The notes under the pieces: model-generated
What the model was told of the DNA's origin: nothing
Database searches by the model: none
Seen by the model: the letters and a program-made list of their open reading frames with translations, nothing else
DNA from: Pseudomonas sp.
GTDB taxonomy: Bacteria; Pseudomonadota; Gammaproteobacteria; Pseudomonadales; Pseudomonadaceae
Assembly (NCBI GenBank): GCA_046291745.1
Contig: JBKBSI010000001.1
Coordinates: forward strand, 1,156-65,155
DNA: 64,000 bases
Reading direction: 5' to 3'
Position numbers and translations under genes: made by a program
Part shown: positions 51,689-61,623 of the stretch, in pieces
Numbering within the stretch: the stretch's first letter is position 1
Layout: the number at the start of each line of letters is the position of its first letter

Positions 51689-52114
51689 ATGCAACAGCCC
51701 CATACCATTCCAGAAGGATTTAGCCGTCATACTCGATCCAGCGGCTTGACCGAGCCATGGGAACCCCTCTACGCCGCTCAGGGTAGCGGCACCTTCAGTC
51801 TTGGTCTGTTTGCCGATCAGGCACACGTGAACAGTCGCGGATTTGTGCATGGCGGCATGCTTTGCGCCCTGGCGGACAACACCATGGGCCTGGCCTGCGC
51901 CCATGCACTGGGTTTGCGCACCGGCCTGGTGACGGTCAGTCTGAGCATCGACTATCTGGGGAGCGGGCAGTTGGGCAACTGGATTGAAGTGCGCGCAGAA
52001 CCTACGCGCACAGGCAAGAGCCTGTGTTTTGCCAACGCAGGCATCTATGCCGACGGCCAACTGTGCGCCACCGCCCGTGCGGTGTTCAAGGTCATGGCTG
52101 CGGTGCCTGCTTGA
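51689..52114 (+). CDS. PaaI family (hotdog-fold) thioesterase
   Basis: 141 aa with the NSRGFVHGGMLCALADNTMG motif. Confidence 0.8.
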   Translation: MQQPHTIPEGFSRHTRSSGLTEPWEPLYAAQGSGTFSLGLFADQAHVNSRGFVHGGMLCALADNTMGLACAHALGLRTGLVTVSLSIDYLGSGQLGNWIEVRAEPTRTGKSLCFANAGIYADGQLCATARAVFKVMAAVPA

Positions 52115-52183
52115 GAACGGCCGGGCTAGGGAAATCCAAGGACTGGTGCGCTACAAGGCGGCGGGCAGCTCCCAGGTTGGCAT

Positions 52184-54103
52184 TTAAGGCCCGGTGCCAA
52201 GGGTCCACCTATTCTGGTTCATTTTTTCGATGATCAAATGGGTGAACAATGTCGCACGCTGGCGCAAGGAGTGCTGCAGCGCGCTTTCCGGATTAGTCTG
52301 GGACTCATTGTCGAGCTGGGAGGGTATGAACGACAGCTCGGTATTGCTACGCAACAGACTAAGCATTTCGCCCTGATTGACCCAGGCCTCATCCGGGTAG
52401 TCATCGCGGAAAATCGACTCACCAAAGGCAACGAATGGTTCAGTCGAGCCCATCAGTTCCACCAGTGTAGGCAGGATGTCGTAGTGTGAAACAGTCTTGG
52501 TGGAGCGGCCGGGCGTGATGCGTTCAGGGGCATGAATAATCAGGGGCACACGAAAGCGAGTGCGCAGACTGGCGCCGTCCGCGCGCAGTACGTGGTCTGA
52601 GGTAATCACGAACACTGTGTCCTTGTACCATTCGGTTTGCTGTGCCTGCGCCATGAACTCACCCAGTGCCCAGTCCGAGTAGGCAAGTGTATTCAGGTAG
52701 CCGTTTTCGCTTCTGCTGTCATGGGGGTAAAGATGGAATTGCTCACCGGGATCGGCAAAGGGTTCGTGCGTTGTACCGGTAAAGGCCACGCCGAAGAACG
52801 GCCCCTCTGAGGCCAGCTCATCAATACGCTGGTGGAAGAATTGCAGGGTGTCGTAATCCCAGCCAAAGCGCGGGACCGATTGCGGATACTCCATCACCAG
52901 TGGAATGTCCTCTTGGCCATAATAGTCAGAGAACCCCAGGCTGGCCGCTACCGAATCCATACGGAAGGAGCGGCGCGTGGATGACTGTACAAACAGACTC
53001 TGGTATCCACGCCGGTTGGCCAACTGGCCGATCCGCGACATATCAACCTGTTCCAGCCCTTCTGAAAGGCGCGGCTGACCGGGCATCACCGGTACACCGG
53101 TGAGAATAGCCTGAAGGCTCTGGATACTGCGCTGGGCCGCTGCATAGTGGTTGACATAAACTCGCGACTCTTCAATCAGGCGATCCATATTGGGCGTTAC
53201 GCCAAGGTCCTTGCCCGACAGGCCATCTATATACTGGTTGCTCCAGCTTTCCAGAATGATCAACACTATATTCGGCGCAGTGGTCGTTTTGGACTGGTCG
53301 TCGTAGCGCCGTAGAAATGGATTAGGCAGGGTAATATCAAGCTGTTCTCTCAGCTCATTTGCCTCCAGACTGGAAATGGGACTGCCTACCCTACCGTCGA
53401 GGTTGCGGCTGGTGTGGATAACAGAAAATGCGGCGTTCATTGCCAGGTTGCCCAACTGGGCGTTGCCGAGTGCGTGAGCATCAACTACGTTCAAGGTCTT
53501 GCCATCTACTTCCAGTCCGCGCCAGAACAGCACCAGTACGGGCAATGCCAGGGCAAACACAACCCACGCCTGTACACGGCCCGGCGCGAGCCCGGAGCTT
53601 GATACGATCCTGATCAGCCTCCACCAGGCCCAGCCACCTAAAAGCAGCAACAGCACCAGCCCGATAAATTCTGCGCGCCTGGATGACAGGATCAGGTCGA
53701 TGCCAAAGCGCCAGTCATCGACCATGAACAGTAATTCCGCACCAAGGTGGCGTTGTACCTCGCCAAAGAACCCCAGGCTGCCAACCCCCAGGATCAGCAA
53801 CGTAGCCAGAGGAATGAAGGCCAGCGTCATCCACAGTAAACGCCAGCGCGGGTGACTGGTAAAGCGAAAGGGCAGCAGCAGTGCCAGCAGTATCAGGGCG
53901 TTGAGCTGAGTGATTATGGCGAGATCGAAACGCATGCCGGTCAGTTGTGCGCGCAGGCCGTCCTGCCAGGTTATTGAATCGAAAAACCCTGGATAGGTGA
54001 GCCACAGCGCCAGGCGTAACAGCAAACACAACACCAGGCCGACGAGATAAATGAGCAGAATGCTGCGGATATTGGGTACAGCCCTGAATGTGACATGGCT
54101 CAT
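52184..54103 (-). CDS. LTA synthase / sulfatase family membrane protein (phosphoglycerol- or phosphoethanolamine-transferase-like)
   Basis: Five N-terminal TM helices are followed by an alkaline-phosphatase-superfamily domain (ILESW, TGTTHEPF, SDH). Start at MSHVTF (54103). Confidence 0.8.
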   Translation of the reverse strand: MSHVTFRAVPNIRSILLIYLVGLVLCLLLRLALWLTYPGFFDSITWQDGLRAQLTGMRFDLAIITQLNALILLALLLPFRFTSHPRWRLLWMTLAFIPLATLLILGVGSLGFFGEVQRHLGAELLFMVDDWRFGIDLILSSRRAEFIGLVLLLLLGGWAWWRLIRIVSSSGLAPGRVQAWVVFALALPVLVLFWRGLEVDGKTLNVVDAHALGNAQLGNLAMNAAFSVIHTSRNLDGRVGSPISSLEANELREQLDITLPNPFLRRYDDQSKTTTAPNIVLIILESWSNQYIDGLSGKDLGVTPNMDRLIEESRVYVNHYAAAQRSIQSLQAILTGVPVMPGQPRLSEGLEQVDMSRIGQLANRRGYQSLFVQSSTRRSFRMDSVAASLGFSDYYGQEDIPLVMEYPQSVPRFGWDYDTLQFFHQRIDELASEGPFFGVAFTGTTHEPFADPGEQFHLYPHDSRSENGYLNTLAYSDWALGEFMAQAQQTEWYKDTVFVITSDHVLRADGASLRTRFRVPLIIHAPERITPGRSTKTVSHYDILPTLVELMGSTEPFVAFGESIFRDDYPDEAWVNQGEMLSLLRSNTELSFIPSQLDNESQTNPESALQHSLRQRATLFTHLIIEKMNQNRWTLGTGP

Positions 54104-54687
54104 TTTTGCACCTGCGTGCGTAATGACTTCAGCCCGTTCAACATTTGATTTCACCTTTCAGATATTCAGACCTGGCAACGCAACGATATTCGGCGTGGCC
54201 ATGAGAGACTGCTCGCGAGGGCCCGGCATAGGCGGGCTGGAGAAAGCGCTAAGGTGGACTGACGACTAAAAACATGTAAAAAGGGGCCGGATCTGACGAT
54301 GGTGGACGCCGATTTGACCTACGGCTCGCGGAATGGTTCACTTTTTTACCCCCGCCCGCCCGCTTACGGCGTGTTCGAACGCCTTACCTGAAGTGCGCTG
54401 GTCTATCTTGCTGGAACCCTGGCATTGGGCTTGCGCCTGCTGGAGGACAAACCGCCCGATAGAGGTTGAGAGCGCATTCAACTGATGGGGGGCAGTGTAT
54501 AGCGGCCGTCGTCATCTTTTTTTTGGTCTGTCGGATTGAAGGCTTGGTCGCGTAGCAGCAACTGAGCTATGGTAGCGAGAGAATACGAATGGGAACTATA
54601 AAGGATTATATGTCTATGCTGACCTGCCTGCGCTGTTATGTGGCCGCCCTTGTGCTGACTGACAACCAATGAGCTTTCTTCAGTAAT

Positions 54688-57228
54688 ATGGCTGCTGACG
54701 CCTGCCGGGTTACACAGACCGCGGCTTTGCTCGCAGGAATATCGGTGCTTTCCTTCAGCTCCTCCAGCTTCAAGTCCTCTGATTGTTTGCAATGGCTGAC
54801 TAAAATCCATTTTTGGATCGTGCTTCTGTGCTTGTCATTTGCTTCAGTGAATGCCAAGGCTGAACCACTGACGCTGACCGACTGCAGCGCCGACAAGATT
54901 GTTCTGCAGCCTTGGCTATCTGCCTGGGAAGATGCCTCCGCAGGTACCGATCCGCAGGCCGCAAGCGATTTGCCTGCGAGCGCCTGGGAAGCTGTTTCGG
55001 CACGCCACCTCACCACGGTGCAAAAGTCCTCGGCCCTCTGGTTGCAACTCCAAGTGCGCAATGAGGCGGCCGAGGAATGTCGGTTCTACCTGTTCCCGGG
55101 TACCGCCAAGGTCCGGGACATGAGCCTGTACCGGCAAGAGAACGGGGTCTGGAAGGCGCAATATGCCGGTTCCGGCTATCCGCTTAAGGAATGGGATAAT
55201 CCGGTTCGCCTTCCAGCTTTCTCGGTGTTGCTTCCTGCGCAACAGGAGCAGACCTTGTACCTGCGTATGGCCAGCGAGCTGCGCTTCTCCATGCAGCCGA
55301 TGCTCCTTTCCCATGACCGCCTGCTCAACGAACGCATGGCCGAGAGCCTGGCTGATGGTGTGGTATTCGGTATTGTCCTGTTGCTGGTGCTGTTCAGCCT
55401 GGCGGCCGGTTATATTCTCAGATTGCCGTTGCTGTTCGCGCATGCCATGTCGGTACTGGCATACGTGGCCGTGGTGACGCTGATTACGGGTTATGGTTTC
55501 GTCTACCTGTGGCCCGGTAAGCCGCAGCTTGATTTGATTCTTGTAGAGGCAACCGGGGCCCTGGCCCGTATTCTGGCTTTCGTTTACCTGAGCATTCTGT
55601 TGCGCGTGCGTCATCAACCGGCAATCAGCGGCTATCTGATCATCCTGTGCCAGGTTCTGATTGCTATGGTTGCGCTGGCCAACCTGCTGTTACCGCCCGG
55701 CTCCCTGCTGGTGGAAACCTTCGCAGAGGGAATGCGCCTATTGTCTGCGGCGGTACTTGTCACAGTGCTTGTTATCGGCGTGCGCCAGGGCCTGCGGTAT
55801 GACTGGTTTGCCTATCTGGTGACCTCCCTGGTGATTATCCAGTCGGTGGCTTTCCTGGCCTTTCACAGGGGCTTGTTTCCGATCTCGCCCTACGAGTACA
55901 GCTGGTACTCGGTGTCAACCCTGCCCGGGGCCGCTTTGCTTACCTATACCCTGGTAAGCCAGATAGCCTTGAGTCGGCGCCGTGAGAAACAGGCGCTGGA
56001 AGATATCGAGCAGCTCAAGCAGACCGAGCAGGAGCGTCTGTCACACCAGGTTGAAAGCCGAACGGCGCAGCTGCGCGAGTCGCTTTCCGCCCAGGGGTTT
56101 CTGCTCGCACGCATCAGTCACGACCTGCGCGCGCCAATGCAGGGAGTGGTCAGCAGCGCCCGTCAACTGCGCCAGAGCGGCGTTTCGGCGCAGGAAGCAT
56201 CGCGTAATATCGAACGCTTCGCTACGCATCAACTGGAGCTGATTGACGAATTGCTGGAGTTTTCCAGCAGCGAGTTGCGGCAGAAGGAGTTGATGATTGC
56301 CCCGGGTTATCTGTTCGGTTTTCTTGAAGAAGTGCAGTTGCAGGGGCGGCTGCTGGCGCAGAGCAATGGCAACCACTTCGAGTCGAGCTTCTCCCCGGAC
56401 CTGCCCACCCTGGTAAATGCCGACTTCCGCCGCGTACGCCAGGTACTGGTCAACCTGCTGGCCAACGCGGCGAAGTTTACCCGCGATGGACAGATACGCT
56501 TTAGCGTAGAGCTGGGTTCCGGGAACGCCGCTGGCCAGGTCGCACTGCGCTTCGGAGTGGAGGACAGCGGCAGAGGCATTGCGGCTGCAGACTGGGAGCG
56601 GCTGACACGTGCCTTTGGCCGCGGCGACAATGCCCGCGGCGAGAAGGGCGTGGGCCTGGGTTTGTTTATCGTTCAGCAGATGCTTGAGCGTATGGAGTCG
56701 CGCCTTGAGCTGGTCGAGTCCAGCCTGGGCGGCGCTGGCCTCGCCTTCGAGTTGTTGCTTGACCCGGCTGGGGAGCAGGAGGTGGAGCAGAGCTTTATCG
56801 AAAGCTATGAGGCGAGTGCGGTGGCCGATGGTAGCCGCATTCTGGTGGTGGATGACTCGCCCATGGTGCGCGATACCCTGAGCGATCTGCTCGGCGGCTA
56901 TGGTTATGACCTGATTACCTGTGAAGACGTCGATCAGGCCCTGCAGGCCCTGCAGGAGGACGAGTTTGAGCTGATCATCTGCGATCAATCAATGCCCGAC
57001 AAAAGTGGTTGGGAGCTGCTCGAGCAGGTGCGCGGGCGCTGGCCGCAGTTGCAAATAATGCTGTATTCAAGTGTGCCGCCAAGGCGGCCGGAGCATTTGC
57101 CATGCTCGCTGGATTTCGACAGCTACTTGCTCAAGCCAGCCACCAGTGGCGATCTACTCGCGCAGATAAAGCAATTGCTGCAAGGCCAGGGCTCTGCCGA
57201 GCGTGAGCTGCAGCGGGTCAGGCGCTAG
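54688..57228 (+). CDS. hybrid sensor histidine kinase with 7TMR-DISM-type periplasmic and 7TM modules
   Basis: Signal peptide, about 170 aa of periplasmic domain and seven TM helices, then a coiled coil. H-box ISHDLRAPMQ, HATPase motifs (NLLANAAKFT, DSGRGI, GVGLGL) and a C-terminal REC (ILVVDDSP...ICDQSMPDKSG). The start is uncertain: TTG 54787 would give a canonical signal peptide. Confidence 0.85.
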   Translation: MAADACRVTQTAALLAGISVLSFSSSSFKSSDCLQWLTKIHFWIVLLCLSFASVNAKAEPLTLTDCSADKIVLQPWLSAWEDASAGTDPQAASDLPASAWEAVSARHLTTVQKSSALWLQLQVRNEAAEECRFYLFPGTAKVRDMSLYRQENGVWKAQYAGSGYPLKEWDNPVRLPAFSVLLPAQQEQTLYLRMASELRFSMQPMLLSHDRLLNERMAESLADGVVFGIVLLLVLFSLAAGYILRLPLLFAHAMSVLAYVAVVTLITGYGFVYLWPGKPQLDLILVEATGALARILAFVYLSILLRVRHQPAISGYLIILCQVLIAMVALANLLLPPGSLLVETFAEGMRLLSAAVLVTVLVIGVRQGLRYDWFAYLVTSLVIIQSVAFLAFHRGLFPISPYEYSWYSVSTLPGAALLTYTLVSQIALSRRREKQALEDIEQLKQTEQERLSHQVESRTAQLRESLSAQGFLLARISHDLRAPMQGVVSSARQLRQSGVSAQEASRNIERFATHQLELIDELLEFSSSELRQKELMIAPGYLFGFLEEVQLQGRLLAQSNGNHFESSFSPDLPTLVNADFRRVRQVLVNLLANAAKFTRDGQIRFSVELGSGNAAGQVALRFGVEDSGRGIAAADWERLTRAFGRGDNARGEKGVGLGLFIVQQMLERMESRLELVESSLGGAGLAFELLLDPAGEQEVEQSFIESYEASAVADGSRILVVDDSPMVRDTLSDLLGGYGYDLITCEDVDQALQALQEDEFELIICDQSMPDKSGWELLEQVRGRWPQLQIMLYSSVPPRRPEHLPCSLDFDSYLLKPATSGDLLAQIKQLLQGQGSAERELQRVRR

Positions 57229-58043
57229 CTCGGTTGAGCTTTGGAGTCAGCGACTGCCCGCAGTCGCCGGGAGAGAAAGTCCAGCAGCGTGCGGGTTGCC
57301 AAGGTGACGCCACGGTGAGGCTGGGTAAAGGCATAAAGTGGGTGGTTGATGGTTTGGTTGTCGACCAGCACCAGACTGCCTTCAGCGATTTCGCGCTCAC
57401 AGGCGCACAGTGGCAGCACCGCCGGGGCCAGACCAGCCTTGGCCGCTTCACGGGCGATCAGCAGGCTGCCTGAGCGAATGCCGGTCGGGCGCATGGGAGC
57501 GCTGTTAGCAGCGGGTTTGCGTTTTGCGGCGGTTACTGCCCCCCGGGTTGCCAGGGTCGCGAATGGCAGTTGGACCAGGGTCCGCGAGACAATCTGCAAG
57601 CTGTCGGCAGGTGCCTCGCGCAGGCTAAGGGCCAGATCCGTCTGGCTTGCCGCCAGGTCGCGCGGATGGTCGTCGGTCAGCAGGTGTAGCTCGATTTGCG
57701 GATATTGCCGACGAAAATCGGCCAGCACTGGTATAAGACAGTCGGTGAGAATGGTCGGCATGCTGAGGCGAACCTGACCGCCGGGCTCGTTTTGTGCCAG
57801 GTGCGCGCACTCGACCGCCGCTTCCACGGCATCGACCATGGCTAGGGCATGGCGGTAAATGGCTTCGCCGGTAGAGGTCAGACTAAAGCGCCGCGGGCCG
57901 CGATGGGCCAGTTGTACGCCAAGACGCGTCTCGAGTTGGGACAATCGTCGACTAAGGCTGGACTTGGAGACACCAAGGTGTTGTGCTGCTGCAGAGAGGC
58001 TGCCGCCATTTACGGCCTGCAGCAGCCAATACAGATCAACCAT
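57225..58043 (-). CDS. LysR family transcriptional regulator
   Basis: N-terminal HTH LSAAAQHLGVSKSSLSRRLSQLE and a LysR substrate-binding domain. ATG 58043 is preferred. The stop overlaps the kinase stop region. Confidence 0.85.
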   Translation of the reverse strand: MVDLYWLLQAVNGGSLSAAAQHLGVSKSSLSRRLSQLETRLGVQLAHRGPRRFSLTSTGEAIYRHALAMVDAVEAAVECAHLAQNEPGGQVRLSMPTILTDCLIPVLADFRRQYPQIELHLLTDDHPRDLAASQTDLALSLREAPADSLQIVSRTLVQLPFATLATRGAVTAAKRKPAANSAPMRPTGIRSGSLLIAREAAKAGLAPAVLPLCACEREIAEGSLVLVDNQTINHPLYAFTQPHRGVTLATRTLLDFLSRRLRAVADSKAQPS

Positions 58044-58245
58044 GGTATTCGGGAGGTCACGACCCGGTTCGCTGTTCTCTTGATCGAACATAAGGTTGTG
58101 GCTGGTGCAACGCTCGCGCATGGGTTTTCTCCAGTGTTGCCATTAAGGTAACGGTTCGATCGGAGCGGCGGTTTTGCCCAAGCGGATATTTATTCTGTTT
58201 GCGCGGGCTGATCTGTTATTTCCGGCCAAAGGGAAAGTGGGGAAC

Positions 58246-59016
58246 ATGAGTAACAACAAGATGGATGCCCATGTGCTGATCATTGATGACCAGCCCGAGG
58301 CACTGACTGGGCTGACAGCGCTGTTACGCGCCGAGGGCGTACGTATATCCATAGCGACCGAAGCGCGCCATGCGCTGGACCGGACCATTGCGTTGCGCCC
58401 GGACCTGGTGCTGTTGGATGTGCACATGCCGCAGCTGGATGGTTTTGCCCTGTGCCGACTGCTCAGGGAGTCCCCGGCCACGCGTGATCTGCCGGTGATC
58501 TTTCTGACTGGGGCGGCCTCGGCAGAGGAGCGTTTGAGTGGCTTGAGCCTGGGCAGCGTCGACTATGTCACCAAGCCCTTTCTGCCCGAAGAGGTGCTCG
58601 CGCGCATCCGCATTCACCTGCAACTGGTCAGGCGTAACCACTCCGCCCCTGCACTCTCTCACGCCCCGCATGACCCTGATCAGGTGATTCTCAACGCCGT
58701 GCTGCGGCTGATCGGCAGAGAGCTGGCTGAGCCGCCTTCGCTGACCGAAATGGCACGCCAGGTAGGTACCCATGACAAACGGCTGTCGGCGATTTTCCGC
58801 GAGCGCATGGGCACCAGCGTATTTGCCTTTATAAGGGAGGAGCGCCTGCGCAAAAGCCAGGAGCTACTGACCGATACCGCAATGACCATTCAGGAAATTG
58901 CTGACCTTATCGGCTTCAGCAGTGCCGCCAACTTCACCACCGCCTTTCGCGAGCGCCTGGGTGTCACCCCAGGGGCCTTCAGGGCCAGTGCACGGACCGA
59001 CCATGCTGAAAGTTAA
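58246..59016 (+). CDS. response regulator with AraC-type HTH output
   Basis: REC domain (VLIIDDQPE, VLLDVHMPQLDG, TKP) plus a C-terminal AraC HTH (IQEIADLIGFSSAANFTTAFRERLGVTPGAFR). An RBS precedes ATG 58246. Confidence 0.85.
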   Translation: MSNNKMDAHVLIIDDQPEALTGLTALLRAEGVRISIATEARHALDRTIALRPDLVLLDVHMPQLDGFALCRLLRESPATRDLPVIFLTGAASAEERLSGLSLGSVDYVTKPFLPEEVLARIRIHLQLVRRNHSAPALSHAPHDPDQVILNAVLRLIGRELAEPPSLTEMARQVGTHDKRLSAIFRERMGTSVFAFIREERLRKSQELLTDTAMTIQEIADLIGFSSAANFTTAFRERLGVTPGAFRASARTDHAES

Positions 59017-61327
59017 ACACCCCAAATACCCGCTCCAGGTCGCGCTGCTCGGCTATGCCTGCAGCGTTTCTCTGGCTGTAGCTGCTGAGCCACTCAAGCT
59101 GCCGGATGGCGAGAGCGTTGCGCGCTGGCAGGACCTTGCCTGGCCGAGCATTCAGGCGCGTGACCTGCTGTTTGTTGAGGAGACCGGGGCCTTGCCGCCG
59201 CAGACCGCTGAGGAGCTTGCCCGGCGGGTGCCGACGCTGCAGTTCGAGGCGCCCTCTACCCGGCTGACCAGTTTTTCCATTCGCGGGCTGGGTTCCTCGT
59301 CATTCAACGATGGCCTGGAAAGCAACGTTGGTCTTTGGGTAGACGGTGTTTACCTGGGCCGCCAAGGCATGTTTCCAGCAGACCTGGTTGGTGTGGAGCG
59401 CATAGAGGTTTTGCGTGGTCCGCAGGGCACTTTGTATGGGCGCAACAGTAGTGCCGGAGTAGTGCACCTGATCAGCCGTCTGCCGACCTGGCAGCCCACT
59501 GGCCGGGGCGAGATTCTGGTAGGCGAGAACGGTAAACGCCAGCAACGGGTGGAGCTGGCTGGGCCGCTGGTAGATCAGGTGCTGGCGGGCAGTGTGAGTG
59601 TGTACCGGCGTAGCGCCGATGGCGCCCTGGACAATAACCTGGTCGGCACAGAGGTAAACGACGAGGACCGCAGCGGGGCGCGGGGCCAACTGCTCTGGCT
59701 CGGGCCGCAAGGCGTGACTGCCAGGCTGATAGTTGAACAAACGCGCCAGCGCGAGGACTGCTGCGCCTATTCTGTTGTGCGTTACAGCCAGTCCGCGCGC
59801 GATAGCGCAGCCTTCGTCGGCTACAGCTTGCCGCCCGCTCGACCCTTCGACCGCAGCGTCGAGCAGGATGCGCGCAACCGTGTGAGCGCCAGGCAGGAGG
59901 CGGTCACCCTGCATATAGAGGCGCCGATTGGCGCAGCCAGCAGGCTGTCGTCGATTACCGGCTGGCGCAGTTGGGATCTGGCGTCGGGCGGTGATCTGGA
60001 CGGCATCGGCTTGCCGATAACACGGGGCGGGGGCGTGGATATTGACCATGCCCAGTACAGCCAGGAATTTCGCCTGACCGGCCCTGTGACCAGTAACCTG
60101 GATTATCTGTTGGGCTACCACGGCATGTACCAGCAGATGGATCGCCGCGGCTGGGTGACGTACGGGTCATCTGCGGCGGACTGGTTTGCAGGCAGCGTGC
60201 CCTTGGTTCAGCAACTGGGCATTACCCCGCAGATGATTGATGATGGCATCCTCGATGGTGCCGAGACCGAGTCGCAGGGCCGCCAGACCACTCGCAGCCA
60301 TGCGGTTTACGCTCAGCTTGATTGGCGCCCCACCGAGATCTATCTGGTCAGCGCTGGCTTGCGTCTGGCTGATGAACGCAAGCACGGCTCAACCCATCGC
60401 AGTTCCCGACGCCCGGATTTGGCGTTTGACCCCATTTCCCAGTTGGTCGGCCCGGCATTACAAGCCGCTACGCTGGGGCAGGATTATCAAAGGCGTGACG
60501 CTGTGCGTGATCGGCTGTTCGGCGGACACTTGCGCGCCACCCGCTATGTGTCCGATAACCTGGCCCTGTATGTCGGCGCGGCCAGTGCGTATAAGGCAGG
60601 CGGCATCAATGCTGAGCCGATCGGTACTGGCGTCAGCCCCACCTTCGATCCAGAGCGCGCCTACAGCCTTGAGACAGGGGGGTCACTGACCTATGCCGCA
60701 GGCCGGGGTAGCACGCATTTCGCGCTCTATCAGACGCAGGTACATGACTACCAGGCCATTACCTATAACCCGCACTCATCCTCGGTCAATCCCCAGCGCA
60801 ACAACTTGATGAATGTCGGTCGGGTACGCTCGCGGGGTGTGGAGGTGGATAGCAACTGGGCTTTCTCCGACAGCCTGGATGGCTATCTGGCAGTGGCCTG
60901 GAATGACAGCCGCTACCGGCACTTCAGCAACGCGCCCTGCCCGCCACCGACAGAGCAGCTGTATTGCGATCAGAGTGGCAAGCAGGTCTATGGCGCGCCG
61001 CGCTGGAGCGCTGCCACCGGCCTGGATTATCGGCGTGCGGCCTGGCCGGGGCTGGACTGGTTGGTCGGCGGGGGCTACAGCTGGCGTAGCGGTGCCTATG
61101 GCACCCTGGAACGCGGTGAAAACACTTACTTATCCTCTCGCGGCACTGCAGACGCCTATCTTGGGCTCGCCGATGCAGATGACCAGTGGGACCTGACGCT
61201 AATCGGCCGCAATCTGTTCGACAAAGAGTATGTGGCGGCCTACTACGCGCTCACCGGGGCTGGTGATTATGGTGCTGCGTTGGGCGCGCCGCGCAGTCTG
61301 GCTCTGCGTTTGCGCGTCGGCCTTTGA
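59003..61327 (+). CDS. TonB-dependent receptor
   Basis: Signal peptide and plug motifs (IRGLG, VERIEVLRGPQGTLYGRNSSAG), with about 600 aa of beta-barrel. The ATG overlaps the upstream regulator gene by 14 nt. Confidence 0.85.
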   Translation: MLKVKHPKYPLQVALLGYACSVSLAVAAEPLKLPDGESVARWQDLAWPSIQARDLLFVEETGALPPQTAEELARRVPTLQFEAPSTRLTSFSIRGLGSSSFNDGLESNVGLWVDGVYLGRQGMFPADLVGVERIEVLRGPQGTLYGRNSSAGVVHLISRLPTWQPTGRGEILVGENGKRQQRVELAGPLVDQVLAGSVSVYRRSADGALDNNLVGTEVNDEDRSGARGQLLWLGPQGVTARLIVEQTRQREDCCAYSVVRYSQSARDSAAFVGYSLPPARPFDRSVEQDARNRVSARQEAVTLHIEAPIGAASRLSSITGWRSWDLASGGDLDGIGLPITRGGGVDIDHAQYSQEFRLTGPVTSNLDYLLGYHGMYQQMDRRGWVTYGSSAADWFAGSVPLVQQLGITPQMIDDGILDGAETESQGRQTTRSHAVYAQLDWRPTEIYLVSAGLRLADERKHGSTHRSSRRPDLAFDPISQLVGPALQAATLGQDYQRRDAVRDRLFGGHLRATRYVSDNLALYVGAASAYKAGGINAEPIGTGVSPTFDPERAYSLETGGSLTYAAGRGSTHFALYQTQVHDYQAITYNPHSSSVNPQRNNLMNVGRVRSRGVEVDSNWAFSDSLDGYLAVAWNDSRYRHFSNAPCPPPTEQLYCDQSGKQVYGAPRWSAATGLDYRRAAWPGLDWLVGGGYSWRSGAYGTLERGENTYLSSRGTADAYLGLADADDQWDLTLIGRNLFDKEYVAAYYALTGAGDYGAALGAPRSLALRLRVGL

Positions 61328-61424
61328 TGCGGTAACCAGCCGCTGGTTCCGCCGTTAGTCGCAATCTTTCCCGGGTGGGCGCCGATAGCCCTTCCCTGCA
61401 AACAAAAGGCCTAACCCTTCAGGT

Positions 61425-61441
61425 GCGGCGCTAGGCGCCGC
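61425..61441 (+). terminator. GC-rich hairpin downstream of the receptor gene
   Basis: GCGGCGC-TAG-GCGCCGC, followed by TAGTTT. Confidence 0.3.
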
Positions 61442-61623
61442 TAGTTTACTGCTGCGGGGGTAGGCGGCTTTTGCTCGCGCGTACCAGCGTTCTATTTCTG
61501 CAACTTGAATTTCGCCCATTAGCCCTTATACCGCTGCCCCTCCCTTATTAGTATCGCGCCCCTATCGGTCACGCTCGGTCGTGCCCGGTTTTCAGCGAGT
61601 CGGAAGTTATAAGGGGAAGCAAC

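Noticed and set aside
54478-54810. 110-aa minus-strand ORF
   Set aside because: It overlaps the kinase start region and the low-GC promoter stretch. It has no RBS, and its sequence is dominated by the A-run translation (KKDDD).
54916-56988. Minus-strand ORFs 54916-55617 and 56041-56988
   Set aside because: They are antisense shadows of the hybrid histidine kinase gene.
59300-60121. 273-aa minus-strand ORF
   Set aside because: It is antisense to the TonB-dependent receptor gene.
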